A stretch of 64,000 bases of DNA, taken from NCBI RefSeq assembly GCF_963506605.1, contig NC_083276.1:105028001-105092000 (forward strand). The letters run 5' to 3'. Made by a program: the position numbers and the translations under genes. Shown here one piece after another: positions 1 through 12,758 of the stretch (positions within the stretch are counted from its first letter, which is position 1; every line of letters starts with the position of its first letter). The DNA is from Zootoca vivipara (lineage: Eukaryota). Under the pieces are notes generated by a model that saw nothing but the letters and a program-made list of their open reading frames with translations, was not told where the DNA came from and searched no databases.

Positions 1-751
1 AGCAATATAGGTGAGTAAATAGGGCAAATACCAACAAGTAAGAACACACAAGTTGAGTCAAACAATAAATTCAAATAATATCACTAAATCTACCAGAGGA
101 GGCAGTGTTTGACTGAAGCTTCCCAAGAGGATGTTATTGTGAAAAGGAAGGTGGGTGGGGAGAGAAGCAAAAGAACTCTCACAAATGTAGGGATCATTAT
201 TTTTACACAGTAAATTATCAGTAATAAATATGACCATGCCTGCTTTGATACCATTCCTGGTCTTTTTACTTAGTTACACCAGGAATGGGTTACATTGCCA
301 TTTTTCCTCTAGTAACAGAGTTACGCTGCCCGTTCTTTTTAAATAATAACAATTAAATTACCCCATCTATTAGTACTTTCTTCTGCTTTTTCTATCCAGA
401 TCTCCATATTAATGGATAGGAATCCATAAAGAAACATATGGGAGATGATCAGATGAAATTCCATCTCAAGATCAGAGAGATTTGTATCCTTTTTAAAAAA
501 AGGTATTTCTTGTAATTTATGACCCTTCGACAATTAAGATCTAATTTGCCTACCCTTCTGAAAACCATCATAGTGGTGCTTTCTGTAACCTTCATCACTG
601 TGTAAATAACAATGCAAGTGATTTGCATCGAGTCTGTTTAAACCTGAGGCACACAGACTCTCTCTCTCACAAACTGCAGCCTCAAAGTGCTGAAACCAAG
701 TCTCTGCTCTTAAAACAGAAGGCATGACATGAAAAAAAAGGGAAAGGGGGG

Positions 752-1203
752 NNNNNNNNNNNNNNNNNNNNNNNNNNNNNNNNNNNNNNNNNNNNNNNNN
801 NNNNNNNNNNNNNNNNNNNNNNNNNNNNNNNNNNNNNNNNNNNNNNNNNNNNNNNNNNNNNNNNNNNNNNNNNNNNNNNNNNNNNNNNNNNNNNNNNNNN
901 NNNNNNNNNNNNNNNNNNNNNNNNNNNNNNNNNNNNNNNNNNNNNNNNNNNNNNNNNNNNNNNNNNNNNNNNNNNNNNNNNNNNNNNNNNNNNNNNNNNN
1001 NNNNNNNNNNNNNNNNNNNNNNNNNNNNNNNNNNNNNNNNNNNNNNNNNNNNNNNNNNNNNNNNNNNNNNNNNNNNNNNNNNNNNNNNNNNNNNNNNNNN
1101 NNNNNNNNNNNNNNNNNNNNNNNNNNNNNNNNNNNNNNNNNNNNNNNNNNNNNNNNNNNNNNNNNNNNNNNNNNNNNNNNNNNNNNNNNNNNNNNNNNNN
1201 NNN
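752..1203. other. assembly gap (N run)
   Basis: 452 consecutive N, preceded by a G-run. Confidence 0.99.
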
Positions 1204-1542
1204 GATACTACAGGAAGTCTGTGATCAGGACTTTCTTTACAAACTTTCATTCCCTGCACAGAATACTTCTTCATCTTTGGAGAGCTCTGGCCGATAGCAT
1301 CTCCTCTTTCCTCCAGGTCTGCATTTTAGATACTAAATGCTGTGGGGAACTTTGGCAAGGCTCAGCTATTGTCTCTGAGGGGGAGCTGTTCATAATTTTT
1401 ACTTCTTCTTGTTGTTTTATTTTGTTTTTGTAGAGGAAAAATTCCTGAGCCATGTGAGTAAATTTGGAGTTGGACACGGCAGGATGAAAATTTAAAGCCA
1501 CAGCAGCACATTTCACAATTTTATGCACTGTAGCCCTTAGAA

Positions 1543-1678
1543 CAGGCATCCCCAAACTGCGGCCCTCCAGATGTTTTGGCCTACAACTCCCATGATCCTT
1601 AGCTAACAGGACCAGTGGTCAGGGATGATGGGAACTGTAGTCCAAAACATCTGGAGGGCCGAAGTTTGGGGATGCCTC
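1543..1678. mobile_element. 136-bp palindromic hAT (Charlie-like) MITE
   Basis: TIR CAGGCATCCCCAAACT...AGTTTGGGGATGCCTc; 8-bp TSD CCTTAGAA (1535-1542 / 1679-1686). Confidence 0.93.
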
Positions 1679-1760
1679 CCTTAGAATAACGTCAGATGCC
1701 AAATTATTTGTTTTTAATGAAGCTAGTCAAACAAATATGCTGAACTCCTCATATTTTTAT

Positions 1761-2109
1761 AAAGGTAAAGGGACCCCTGACCATTAGGTCCAGTCGTGAC
1801 CGACTCTGGGGTTGCGCGCTCATCTCGCATTATTGGCCGAGGGAGCCGGCGTATAGCTTCCAGGTTATGTGGCCAGCATGACAAAGCCGCTTCTGGCAAA
1901 CCAGAGCAGCACATGGAAACGCCGTTTACCTTCCCGCTGTAGCGGTTCCTATTTATCTACTTGCATTTTGACGTGCTTTTGAACTGCTAGGTTGGCAGGA
2001 GCTGGGACCAAGCAACGGGAGCTCACCCCATCACAGGGATTCGAACTGCTGACCTTCTGATCAGCAAGCCCTAGGCTCAGTGGTTTAACCACAGCGCCAC
2101 CTGGGTCCC
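1761..2109 (-). mobile_element. Sauria SINE, full length
   Basis: minus strand has the GGGACCCAGGTGGCGCTGTGG head, B-box GTTCGAATCC and (ACCTTT)n tail; near-identical to 22209-22561. Confidence 0.95.
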
Positions 2110-2129
2110 TTCTGGTGTTTTTATACCAG

Positions 2130-2440
2130 AGTGAAAATCACAAGGCCCCTAAGGTTTTCCATTTTGGAGCAATTGATGTTCCGGCAGCCATCAGCACCCA
2201 TATCAAGAGTTTTTGACAGTTAAACCTTTTCAGTTTATCATACCACACATTTCATGAACAAATCTGTGGTGATGTTGGAACGGGATATTTGAGCATTTTG
2301 GTCATTTCTCGACAAACCATTGTCCCGAAATTAAAGACCTGTGGGCTGTCCCACCATAGGTGGAGAAGGGTGCCTCTTTTTCCACAGTCCCTGCAACAAC
2401 TCTGGAAAGCTTGTGATATCAAATGGGCAATTTGCACTCC
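2130..2440 (-). mobile_element. L1-clade ORF2 C-terminal fragment (degenerate)
   Basis: translation CCRDCGKRGTLLHLWWDSPQVFNF resembles the L1 CWRxC..GTLLHxWWxC cysteine-rich motif. Confidence 0.75.
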
Positions 2441-3639
2441 ATCCCTGATTCATACCTCCTATTATTAAAAATGGGACTGTCATAATTCACTAGAGGTAAT
2501 ATTTACCCGGCATTTGCTGGAACACTGAGATCACTTGATTTTCCCCAGGTTCAAAAATTGGGCCTTCTTCCCTTCCACACAGATAGGAGGCTGTAGTGCT
2601 TCATGCTACAGTAGTAGGGATGTCAGAGAATGCCAACAAAAAATGGAAACAGAAGTGGGAATTGTTGGTGTTATTTATCCCATGACCAGAATCAAAATTA
2701 ATCCGGCAAATACCTATCAGTATTCACTGTGGTGAATGACTCCCTCTGCCATGTAAATTGCATTTCCTTTGTATTGAAATGAATAGTGTGGAAATCATGA
2801 CATCACTAAGTATGTTAGATTAGTAACTGATATAAATCATGTAAATAATTGTGTTAAATAGGGGACAGTGAGACAGATAGCATTGTATTTGGCAGCATCT
2901 GAACTGCAGCAGAAGGGAAACAGTGCTGATTGAGGTGAAAACGGGATGGAATGGAAATAACTGCCTTCTTCCATCCCTCTATAGCCATGATGTATAGTTT
3001 CTGCCACACTGTCAGCTTCCTTTAAAAGGGATAATAAAAATAAAAATAAACTGGCTGCATTACAGATAAGTCTATGCTAACAACCAAGAGATGGAAGAGC
3101 AACTTCATGATTCATTCATTCCCTTTCCAGCCCACTTTCTCCTTCACACGAATGCTGCATTTCCTAATACAATCCTTTCCTCAGAGCTATCCTAATTTAT
3201 TTTAGGCTGTTTAGATTTGAGAGACACAAAGTGATGGGGAAATGGGAGCAATTAATCAAACGGAACAATAATTGACAAAGCAAAAACTGTTATGATGTAT
3301 GATAAATTGTAAATTGAATGCACAATAAATAACGAGAAGTGAACGGAGTCACCTCCCCACTTTATAAACGAGAACAACGTGCAGTTCGTGTTTGGAGGGG
3401 AAAGAGCAGGCAATGTAAGGTTTGGCAGCCACCACCGAACAGCCATAAACATGGAGTTTTAGTACAGTATTTGCTTTCTGCCGAGCTGCTTCTAGTGATC
3501 CAGAGGAGAGGGCAGCAACCTGAAGCATGTCCGTTTCAACAGCATTTTCAGAGATGCCTTTCTGACAGCTGGAATGCAAATACAAATGGAAAATTAAGAA
3601 ATTAGAGTGTGTGACATCTCAAGAAGAATGGCTTCCAGG

Positions 3640-3790
3640 GAGAATGGCTTCTTGGGGCAATGTTGTTGAGCTCATGTCTTGCTAGTGGGCTTCCCATTGG
3701 CACCTGGAGGACCACTGGGGGAACAGGATGCTGGACTAGATGGGCTTTTGGCCTGATCCTGCAGGGCTCTCTTTATGTTCTGTTCTTATG
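3640..3790 (+). mobile_element. CR1-type LINE 3' end fragment
   Basis: GGATGCTGGACTAGATGGGC..GGCCTGATCC..AGGGCTCT..TTATGTTCT terminal motif. Confidence 0.7.
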
Positions 3791-3861
3791 AATTCCAGAA
3801 GAACCAGGACCTGACTAAATTTTTTTAAAAAGCTGCCAGTTTCCTATGCAGTAGTAGAAAT

Positions 3862-3911
<50 letters not shown>
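3862..3911. repeat. (AAC)16 microsatellite
   Basis: direct reading. Confidence 0.97.
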
Positions 3912-3912
<1 letters not shown>

Positions 3913-5024
3913 TACAGTGATGTTGGTTATGATTTTAAAATGCACATTATATTCTTGAAAACTACTGACTTGGGTAAACAAGCATTTTCTGAAAAGCAGC
4001 ATTCCTGGAGGATGAGTCTAAATACCCTTCTCTCAACTTTGTGTTTACATAGAGTTATACAGGGGAAATAAGCCTTCTGAGTATTATTAGAGGGCAAACC
4101 AGAAGCAGCTGAGTTTATGAAAAAATATCACAAAAATGACTGAGAGGATAGAGATCTATATCCTAAGTCAACTTCAGCTCCATTTCATTTTTTTCTTAAG
4201 GAAAAAAATCATTGGCAGGTGCAATTTACCTTTATTTTGCTGAAGACCGAAAGCTGTTCTTTTGATACCCAAGAAATAAAAATAAAAGAAAATGCAATCC
4301 TGTCAAAGCAGATGCCTTGAATGGCTGGCTGGCTGGGGAGATTCACTAAATTGGGACACAGGACTTTTGGAAATATATGGAATATATGTGCCTTTGAATG
4401 AAAACACCTATCAGCACACTCTGTCTCTGTCTCTCTCTGTATAAGCACGAGTGATTTTTCTTTCATGCTTGTATTTTCGGGGGACAGGAGGGGTACAAAT
4501 TCTCTTCTTGAAGTCCTGATAGCCTGATAAAGTTTCCCATGATGTCTATGAAAGACGTTTATTCTGCATAGCACGGCTGCAAAGTTCAGCTACACTGAAC
4601 GGAATACCCCCTCGGTATTGAATGTGCTCAGAACCACAGCTCCTATAGAAAGGGACGTTTCTGTGGGAACAATCAGGATTATTACTAGATTGGGTTGGCA
4701 AACCTATGGCCCACAGATCACACCTGGCCCTGGAATTCTTACACAATCATAAGTAAGTTGCGATTTGAAAACAAGAAGCTTGCCCACCATTTTGCATGTA
4801 AAAGAAAACATTTTCCAATTCCACAACCTCAAGGTATTTTGACATTTAATGTTAAATCTCATTGTTAGGTTCTCCCTGCAGTTACTCCAGCTATGTAGGG
4901 TTGTGTGTTCTCCATAGCTGTGGCTGTACCCATGTCTCACCCATTTTTTTCCTCATCTGTCCCATAGTAGTGCATGAAAAAAGGCAAACCCAGTTGGCCA
5001 AATCAACCATGGCAGGGTAGAAGA

Positions 5025-5565
5025 TGTATTTGTTTATTGCATGTATATCCCACTTTTTAAAATCCAAGGTATTTAAGGTCATAGACATGGTTCTCTCCCT
5101 CCTCATTTAATCCTCACAACAACATACCTGCCAAGTCCTGGACTGCAGAATCCAGGACCGGCAGCCGCTTGACACCGGAAGTTGCATGTCCGGAAGTACG
5201 TAGATGCAACTTCCAGTGTCGCTTTGCCCATCTGTGGGCGCCAAAAATGGCCACTGCCGACACCGGAAGTTGTGCCTGCGCGACTTCCGGTGCCAGCGCT
5301 GGCCATTTTCTGTGCCCATAGATGGGCAAAGCAGGAAAAAAAATGGCGAACTGATACGGGGGACCGCCGGGAAACGGTACGAAAAAATGGGGGTTTCCCG
5401 GTGAAACCGGGGTACTTGGCAGCTATGCACAACAATCCTGTGAGGTTGTTCGGCTGAGTGGCAGGGACCGACCCAAGATCACACAGTGAGCTTCATGCAA
5501 AGTGGAGATTAGGGCCCCAGTCTCCCAGGTGATAGTCCGGCACCCTAACCACAATATCACATTGG
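5025..5565 (-). mobile_element. MIR-like CORE SINE, interrupted by a MITE
   Basis: TAATCCTCACAACAA..CCTGTGAGG..CCCAAGATCACACAG..CTAACCAC core motifs; L2-like tail (TTTA)n at 5025-5040. Confidence 0.75.
5123..5427. mobile_element. hAT non-autonomous element (305 bp) with internal hairpins
   Basis: TIR CATACCTGCCAAGT / ACTTGGCAGCTATG; perfect 8-bp TSD CACAACAA (5115-5122 / 5428-5435). Confidence 0.92.
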
Positions 5566-5871
5566 TTGTGCTATGCTAGCTTCTTGGTAGGTGGGTCCAT
5601 GTTGCTTTCTGGGAGCGAGAGAGATGAGGCAGTGGGTTGGTCAGCGTGGTGTAAACACACCAGCAGAGCCAATCTGGCACTTACGCTGGCATGTTTGCAC
5701 TGCCCCGACTGTCCCCACTGCCACTTCCCTGTACACAACAGCAACCCATGTGCCAGGGAACCTAGTGTGCAACCTAAACAATGATGGCTCCAATGTATCT
5801 CCCAGTCTATGAAAGCTATTTGTATAAATGACATCTTGCACTTCAACCTCAACTAGTTTTGAGCTTGCTTT

Positions 5872-6176
5872 GGCAGTCACATGGAAGTAGGAACAAGCTT
5901 GTTTTCTCCTGCTCTGGAGGGTAGGACCTGAACCAATGGCTTCCTGTGAAAAGAAAGGAGATTTCTACTAAACATCAGGAAGAAATTTCTGACAGTAAGA
6001 GCTCTTCGACAGTGGAGCAGGACTCCCTTGGAAAGTGGTGGACTCCCCTTCCTGGGGAATTTTTAAGCAGAGGTTGGATGGCCATATTTCATGGATGCTT
6101 GAATTGAGATTCCTACATTGCAAGGGATGAGACTAGATGACCCTCAGGAGCCTTCCAACTCTAAAATTCTATGATT
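5872..6176 (+). mobile_element. CR1 LINE 3' end
   Basis: ORF2 C-terminal remnant, then GACTAGATGACCCTC..CCTTCCAACTCT..ATTCTATGATT tail. Confidence 0.9.
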
Positions 6177-7530
6177 TTACTACAGTACATTCAGGAGTCT
6201 GTTGAAGCATGATCTTCACATGCTGAAGCATTCCAAACATGAAACATCCCCAAATCCTGTGGTATGATATGGAACAATCCAAAATTCTAACACTTATGCC
6301 TGTTGTTTCATTATAAAGGTGCAGAATAACTCTATAAATCATTGAGTTCTGGATAAGTGGTAGGTAAACACGACCCCAGTCTAATAGGAGTTCCCTCTCA
6401 ACTATGCTGCACATAGAACTTTTCCTTGATATTGAATGCCCTCAGGGGCATGGCTTATATAGAAAATGATGTCTTGATCTAATAGCCAGTCTGCATCCAA
6501 TTATCATTGTTATTATCTGCACATTCTGCCAGAATTGTGATGTTACCAAATATATTTCTCCCTTTCACTGGCCAGTTGTTATAACTTTGCACACAGCAAA
6601 AGTAGACGTATTTTTTTTCATTACCAAATTGTCTTGGAGTTATGGTAATTAACAAATTCATACTCATTCCGTATGATGCTCTCTTTAATAGAGTATTATT
6701 TTTTACAGTTCATCTCTTTTTACACACAGGATTATAGTTAGCAGATTAGTTTAATTAATGTGAGGCAGTCATATTAGTGCTTATCACTTCAACTGTTGTC
6801 CAATAGATCTGTCATTGGCTGAGGATTTATAGGGGATCTAACCATCTGCAACAATTTGGGTACAGGCATATATACACACCCACACGTGTCTTCCTCATGC
6901 CAATAAATGATAAATAGGACATAGAGGCAAGTTTCTCTCAATAGTGCAATCTCCCTTATTCTAGAGTTCAAGACTGAAACCCCGTTGGCCCTGGCAGGAT
7001 GGTAGAAACTCGGGGCTAATCGTGTTGTGTGTGGGGTTTTTTAATGCATAAAGTGCAAGATGGTAAGATGCTGCTGCGTATGATGACAAATGGAAGCAGA
7101 TGAATTTTAAAAAATACACCAAATATCAGTGTAGAATTCTAGCTGTATAGCCCAAAATGAAGCTGCACTTTCAGATTTCATGCCATGTGCATTTCATTGT
7201 TGCACAGTGTTTGCTGTGCAAAAAATAAATAAATAGGTTCAGTACCCAATATCTCCAGTTAAAAGAATCTGGTAGCAGGTGATAGGAGCAGAAGGCCTAG
7301 GTAATGGCTTGCATCTCCTTGGGGTGCTCTTTTAACCAAGTGGAGAGGCTAAAACTGACCCAGCCATTAGTTCTATGGCATACATTTCTTGATTCTTCAG
7401 GTGGATTCATATTTTTCACAATGATGTGGTTGCTCCTGTAAAAAAAAAAACTCCTTTGCATAGTTCAGGTTCTACACAGTTGTGGAAGCTACTAGGCGTG
7501 CTACCAGTCAGTTGGAATTTCCAGGTACTT

Positions 7531-7830
7531 TTTGTTGTTTAGTCGTTTAGTCGTGTCTGACTCTTCGTGACCCCATGGACCAGAGCACACCAGGCACTCC
7601 TGTCTTGCATTGCCTCCCACAGTTTTGGTCAAACTCATGTTCGTAGCTTCGAGAACACTGTCCAACCATCTCGTCCTCTGTCGTCCCCTTCTCCTTGTGT
7701 CTTCTCTTCTCATGATGTGGCCAAAGTATTGGAGCCTCAGCTTCAGGATCTGTCCTTCCAGTGAGCACTCAGGGCTGATTTCCTTCACAATGGATAGGCT
7801 TGATCTTCTTGCAGTCCATGGGACTCTCTG
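7531..7830 (-). mobile_element. BovB (RTE) LINE, 5'-truncated with internal deletion
   Basis: RVPWTARRS..SLEGQILKLRLQYFGHIMRRED..RRRGRQRTRWLD; (CAA) tail; TSD GGTACTT (7524-7530 / 7831-7837). Confidence 0.95.
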
Positions 7831-8475
7831 GGTACTTAGGATGTTCATTTAAATGTCTACAGAAACCCTATTGTGTTCCATTTTGCTTATTCCCTAGTGT
7901 GTTTAGGATTGCGGCCTAAATAATGGATTTAGCAAAAATGTTAATAGTGTAGCATTCATGTAGAAGTTAATCATATCTTCCATTCTTTCCCTATCATTTT
8001 CTTTTTTAAAAAAAGTTATTTGGCAAAAAAACCTATAAATTGACAACTTTCTGATTTTCCTTTCTTTCTAAAGCTATCCTCTTGTGTGACTCCCCGAGTT
8101 TGTCAATTTAATATATTTTTTAAATAAACAATGTGAATTGGAAGTGGGTTTCCGCTGCATATCCAAATGGTGCCATCCACAGGGAGCTGGCTGAAGTCCT
8201 CTCCTTCTCCTTTCTCCACCACAGGAAGTAGATGGAGCAGCAGGGAACCCATTGCAACGTCTGCCGCCTAAGCCAGCTCAGTAAAGGAGCTCATGGCAGT
8301 GGAGAATTAGGCACCAGTCTTGGTTCCCTCTGGAAACAAATGCTGTTGAGGTTTTGCAACATGAGAGGATGCAAAATGTCTTAAGCAGACTCTGTCTCTC
8401 TCGAGTCCTGAGAGGAATTTAGCTATTCTTAAGGATCCGCCTTAGGTTGTGAAACCGGACTCGTATTGAGTAAGT

Positions 8476-8611
8476 CAGTGTTTCCCAACCTTGTGCTTCC
8501 AGCTGTTTTCGGACTACAATTCCCATCATTCCTGACCACTGGTCTTGCTAGCTAGGGATGATGGGAGTTGTAGTCCCAAAACATCTGGAGGCACGAGGTT
8601 GGGAAACACTG
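8476..8611. mobile_element. 136-bp hAT MITE, alternative TIR variant
   Basis: TIR CAGTGTTTCCCAACC / GGTTGGGAAACACTG; TSD GAGTAAGT; same core as 1543-1678 in inverted orientation. Confidence 0.93.
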
Positions 8612-8956
8612 GAGTAAGTGCCACTTCTCACCTTTCCAGTTTGGGATCCTATATGTAGGGTGGGTGAACGGGCATGTGTGCATTCCTCCACCCACAGATT
8701 TCATGAATAGGCTGTATGGCGTGTGCACACAGGGCATCCACAGTGTACAATATCCTGTTTATGCATGTGCCTGCCTCACGGCTGCATGTGAACAAATCCT
8801 AGCCAGTAAATGGTGGAGAGGTGGCTAACCTTCACATAGCCATATGTTTCTGGACTCCAGCTCCCACCTTCTGAGAGTTCCTGAGGCTATGGGCCACGCT
8901 GGCTGTGGCTGATGGCAGCTGAGAGTATATCATCTATACAAAAATATGTACCATAT

Positions 8957-9046
8957 CATAGCTGCCAAGTTATCCCTTTTTTAAAGGGATTTTCCCTTAT
9001 GCTGAATAGGCTTCCTCGCAAGAAAAGGGAAAACTTGGCAGCTATG
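8957..9046. mobile_element. 90-bp hAT MITE
   Basis: perfect 15-bp TIR CATAGCTGCCAAGTT; TSD TACCATAT; TIR shared with 5123-5427. Confidence 0.93.
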
Positions 9047-9124
9047 TACCATATACATACGCAGAGCGCATGGCTGGGATGTGTAGTGGGTGTTTGTGTG
9101 TATGAGAGGGGGGGGGAGAGAGAA

Positions 9125-9125
<1 letters not shown>

Positions 9126-9162
<37 letters not shown>
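9126..9162. repeat. (ACAG)n microsatellite
   Basis: direct reading. Confidence 0.95.
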
Positions 9163-9163
<1 letters not shown>

Positions 9164-10094
9164 GGGTCTGACCTCAGCTGATGGCAATTATTGCTTCTTC
9201 CAAGTTGCAGCACCAAAAAGTTATCTGTGGCTGGCAAATCAGCTGCCATTTTGTTGAATACTCCAGGGTAAATCATGAGAAAGAAGCGCTCACAGTGACT
9301 GGCATCATTGTTGCCTTGTTATTGGGTTCAGCATGAAATTTAGTAGTAAATAGCAATGCAAAATTCATAAAATTCAGTGGTAATGCAGTCAGCATTACCT
9401 GACTACACAATATTTTCCACTCAATGGAACACCAAATCCTTTATGGAATAATGAGCTAGGAACTGTGCCAGCCTCCAACTAGTAATTCTCTTATGCTCAT
9501 TTCCCCTGGTGCGTGCAAACTATAGAAATATCCAAAATACCATAAGGTGGGGGGGAGGGGGGACTTTAATCAGAGATATATATTTTTTAAAAAAGCAAAA
9601 AGCAGGGGGGAGCCAGTGTCACCTTGCAAGTTGATGAATCCAATAAAATTGTTAATGGTACCTGGTCTGCAGTAATGGGCCAGCTCCCAAAATGTATCTA
9701 GAACTTTGCAAGCAAATAAAATAAACTTTGGGGTCTTTGGCTTTTGAGGATTGCCATTTAAATAACGAACGGCGTGGCAAAACATAGCAACAAGCAGCGA
9801 CAAAAAAAGTGACATAGTAAGGCAGTGGGTGGGAAAAATATATCTCGTGCATGTGGAGGAAGAAATGACCCATTCGGAGCACCTGCCCACGGGAATGATC
9901 TCCACAGCCTTAGGTGGCTTGGGATCTGCCAATGCATGCAAAATCTGTTAGAGAAGTCTATTGTTTGCTGCTGATAATGATATCACGGAGCAACGTCTTT
10001 CCAATGTTCTGGAGGACAGCTGGAAAAGTCTGGTGTGTGCTTATTTCTTGCAAAATTACCTACGTGTCTTTACTGTAACTAAGAAGGCCCAAAC

Positions 10095-11017
10095 GCTGCA
10101 ACTTTTCCTCATAGGGGAGTTGTGCCAGCCCCGTGGTTAAATTTTGTTGTTTCTTTCTGATTCTTTTCCAGCTCTATAACACCCCTCTCTGAGATGAGAC
10201 AACCAGAACGATAACACAGTATTCCAAGTGCAGCTGCTCCATTGATTTGTATTAAGATGTTTTGATATTGGCAGTTTTATTTTTTGATTCTTTTCCTAAT
10301 GGGCCTCAGCACAGAATTCACTTTTTTCCACAGCAGCCGTCCATAGTGTCAGTGTTTTAATTGGGCTAGCTACTAGTCACTATATGAGGAGATATATATA
10401 TGGGGGAGAGAGAGAGAGAGAGAGATTGCCCTAGCGTCACTCTGCACTTGCTTATGTTGAACCACATTTGCCATTTAAATGTAGAATTTCCCTGCTTGGG
10501 GACATCCCTTCTCATTTTCACCACCCTAAATAAGTTGGATGGATGTCATATGCAAACTTGGCCACTTTGCTACATACCCTTAATTCCAGATCATCCCTGA
10601 CAAGTATAAAAGCAACGGGCCTTTGTAAATCCTTGGAAGAACACCACTGTTTATATCCCTCCATTTCAAAAAAGCTATTAATTTATTCATGTGCTCTGCT
10701 TCTTGTCCATTAGCCAGTTACCAATCCACTGCTTATATCCCTCAAAAACAAAAACAAAACAAAACAAAAACCTGCTCGTTTATTCCTATTCTCTGCTTCC
10801 TGATCATTAACCAGTTACCGATCCGTAAGACCTCTCCTCATATCTTATGACTGCAAAGTTTGCTCAGGAGTCCTTGGTGACTGACTTTGTCAAAAGCCTT
10901 TGAAAGTCCAAGTAAACATGTCGATTGGATCATCCCATCCCACATGCTTGTTGACACTCTCAAAGAACTCTAAAAGGTTAGTGAGACAGGATTTATCTTT
11001 GGAGAAGCCATGCTGAT
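10095..11017 (-). mobile_element. old CR1 ORF2 RT-region remnant
   Basis: minus strand near 10850-11017 reads QHGFSKDKSCLTNLLEFFESVNKH.., followed by a frameshifted LDFQ-AFDKV motif. Confidence 0.8.
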
Positions 11018-11319
11018 TTATTTATTTATGCCTCTCAAAGTGGTTGGGAAAGTATATCTCAAAATATACACAATAAAACACAGTAACATTTAAAACACTA
11101 GTTTCCTTCAAAACATGATTAAAAGCCCTCATAAACCTAAAGAAGAAGAAGCTAGCATAATAGTATTTCAGAGCCAGACTATAATACATTTTATTTACTG
11201 CTTTGCCATGCTTTCATCAAGCCCAAAACAGCAAACCTGTATAGCCAGGTGTCTGTTTGAAGTGGTGGTCATTCTCCTCCTTTGCCAGTCACTTAATTGA
11301 AGCCTTTTACTGTTACTAT

Positions 11320-11687
11320 GGGATGTGGGTGGCACTGTGCACTAAACCACTGAGCCTCTTGGGCTTGCCAATTGGAAGGTCAGTGGTTCAAATCCCCGCG
11401 ACGGGGTGAGCTCCCGTTGCTTGGTCCCAGCTCCTGCCAACCTAGCAGTTCGAAAGCATGTCAAAATGCAAGTAGATAAATAGTTACCACTCCAGCGGGA
11501 AGGTAAATGGCATTTCCGTGCGCTGCTCTGGTTTAGCCAGAAGCAGCTTAGTCATGCTGGCCACACGACCTGGAAAAACTGTCTGTGGACAAACACCAGC
11601 TCCCTCGGCCAGTAAAGCGAGATGAGCGCACAACCCCAGAGTCGTTCGTGACTGGAGTTAACTGTCAGGGGTCCGTTACCTTTACCT
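11320..11687 (+). mobile_element. Sauria SINE, full length
   Basis: tRNA-like head, (ACCTTT) tail, 17-bp TSD CCTTTTACTGTTACTAT (11303-11319 / 11685-11701). Confidence 0.95.
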
Positions 11688-12311
11688 TTTACTGTTACTA
11701 TAGCAGTAAATCTAGTGATCCTTCTAATTAACTGAGCTTGTACTTTGGAAGCTCCTATATGATGCCCATACACAGTTATTGTCACATTATCTGCTGAACC
11801 TCCCTGCTGTTTTTTTTAACAATCAATTGGCCCTGTTCATTCTATCATGGGATAACTAGGATAAGCTGCTTCTTTTTTAAGAAATCAGCATGCTTCTTGT
11901 AGCTCTTTACAATACAAAGATGATAACTGGGCAGCATTAACTCCTAGCTGTGTAATGGATTGGAAAATATCATTCGGTATATTTCAATGATTTCTCTAGT
12001 TCACCTTGATCAACAGAGAGAACACCTGTCTTTTAAAAAGAGCAGTGGATGCAATTTACAGATCACTGTATTGGCACAAGGAAGGATGGGCTTCATTACT
12101 TTTGTAGGCATGGTGTTTTAGTTTTATACAGATGTAGAAAAGTTGCAGTAGCAAGCTAATTGTTTCATGTGTCTCTTGTAGCCCAGATATGCTATACTGA
12201 GATCGTGGGGTGGACGGTTTGTGAGTTCTATGGCATCTTAGTGCTGGGCAGGTTTATTGGATACAATCTCACCCCCCCCGCCCCCCCACCCCGCTTTTCT
12301 GCCTTTCGCAA

Positions 12312-12510
12312 GGAAGGACTGTAGATCAAGGATAAAGCATCTGCTTTGCATTCAAAAGGTCCCAGGTTTAATCTGTGGTATCTTAAGACAGAACTCAGAA
12401 ATGCTTCCTGCCCAAGAACCTGGAGAGCTGCTACCAGTCCGTGTTGACAGTATTGAGTTAGATGGATCAATGGCCTGCCTTGGTATATAAGGCAGTTTCT
12501 TAAGTTCCTA
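12312..12510 (+). mobile_element. tRNA-derived SINE with CR1-like tail (Squam3-like), degenerate
   Basis: head ..AGCATCTGCTTTGCA..AAGGTCCCAGGTTTAATC; tail GAGTTAGATGGATCAATGG..ATAAGGCAG..GTTCCT; related copies at 28795, 41710 and 48370. Confidence 0.7.
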
Positions 12511-12611
12511 TAGAGAGAGACGTGATGTGATGAGAGCAGCATACTCCACTTGGGAGCTCTCCGCAAAAACCCACCACCGCCACCGAGATATACAGTTTCC
12601 CTCTTTCTTGA

Positions 12612-12758
12612 AAGCTCAGTCAGTAGAGCATGGGGCACCTACCAGTAATCTCAGAGTTTTCAGCTGAAGCCCCACATTGGGCAAAAGATCCCTGCAATGC
12701 AGGGGATTGGAGTGCGTGGCTGTCCTGGTCCCTTCCACCTCTGCAATTCTATGATTCT
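12612..12758 (+). mobile_element. tRNA(Lys)-head / CR1-tail SINE, degenerate
   Basis: AGCTCAGTCAGTAGAGCATG..TAATCTCAG..GCCCCACATTGGGC head joined to GGTCCCTTCCA..ATTCTATGATTCT. Confidence 0.8.

Noticed and set aside
339-533. Possible L1 ORF1 remnant on the minus strand
   Set aside because: No diagnostic motif
534-1433. Long ORFs of 230-260 aa here and at 59873-60683, and shorter ones at 17128-17556 and 20526-20931
   Set aside because: They are artefacts of reading through N gaps
1434-1453. Possible 20-nt microexon (polypyrimidine-TAG ... GTGAGT)
   Set aside because: Not frame-preserving and has no other support
12612-12682. tRNA-Lys-like sequence (also the tRNA-like heads at 12312, 22209 and 55305)
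   Set aside because: These are degenerate SINE heads attached to LINE-derived tails, not tRNA genes
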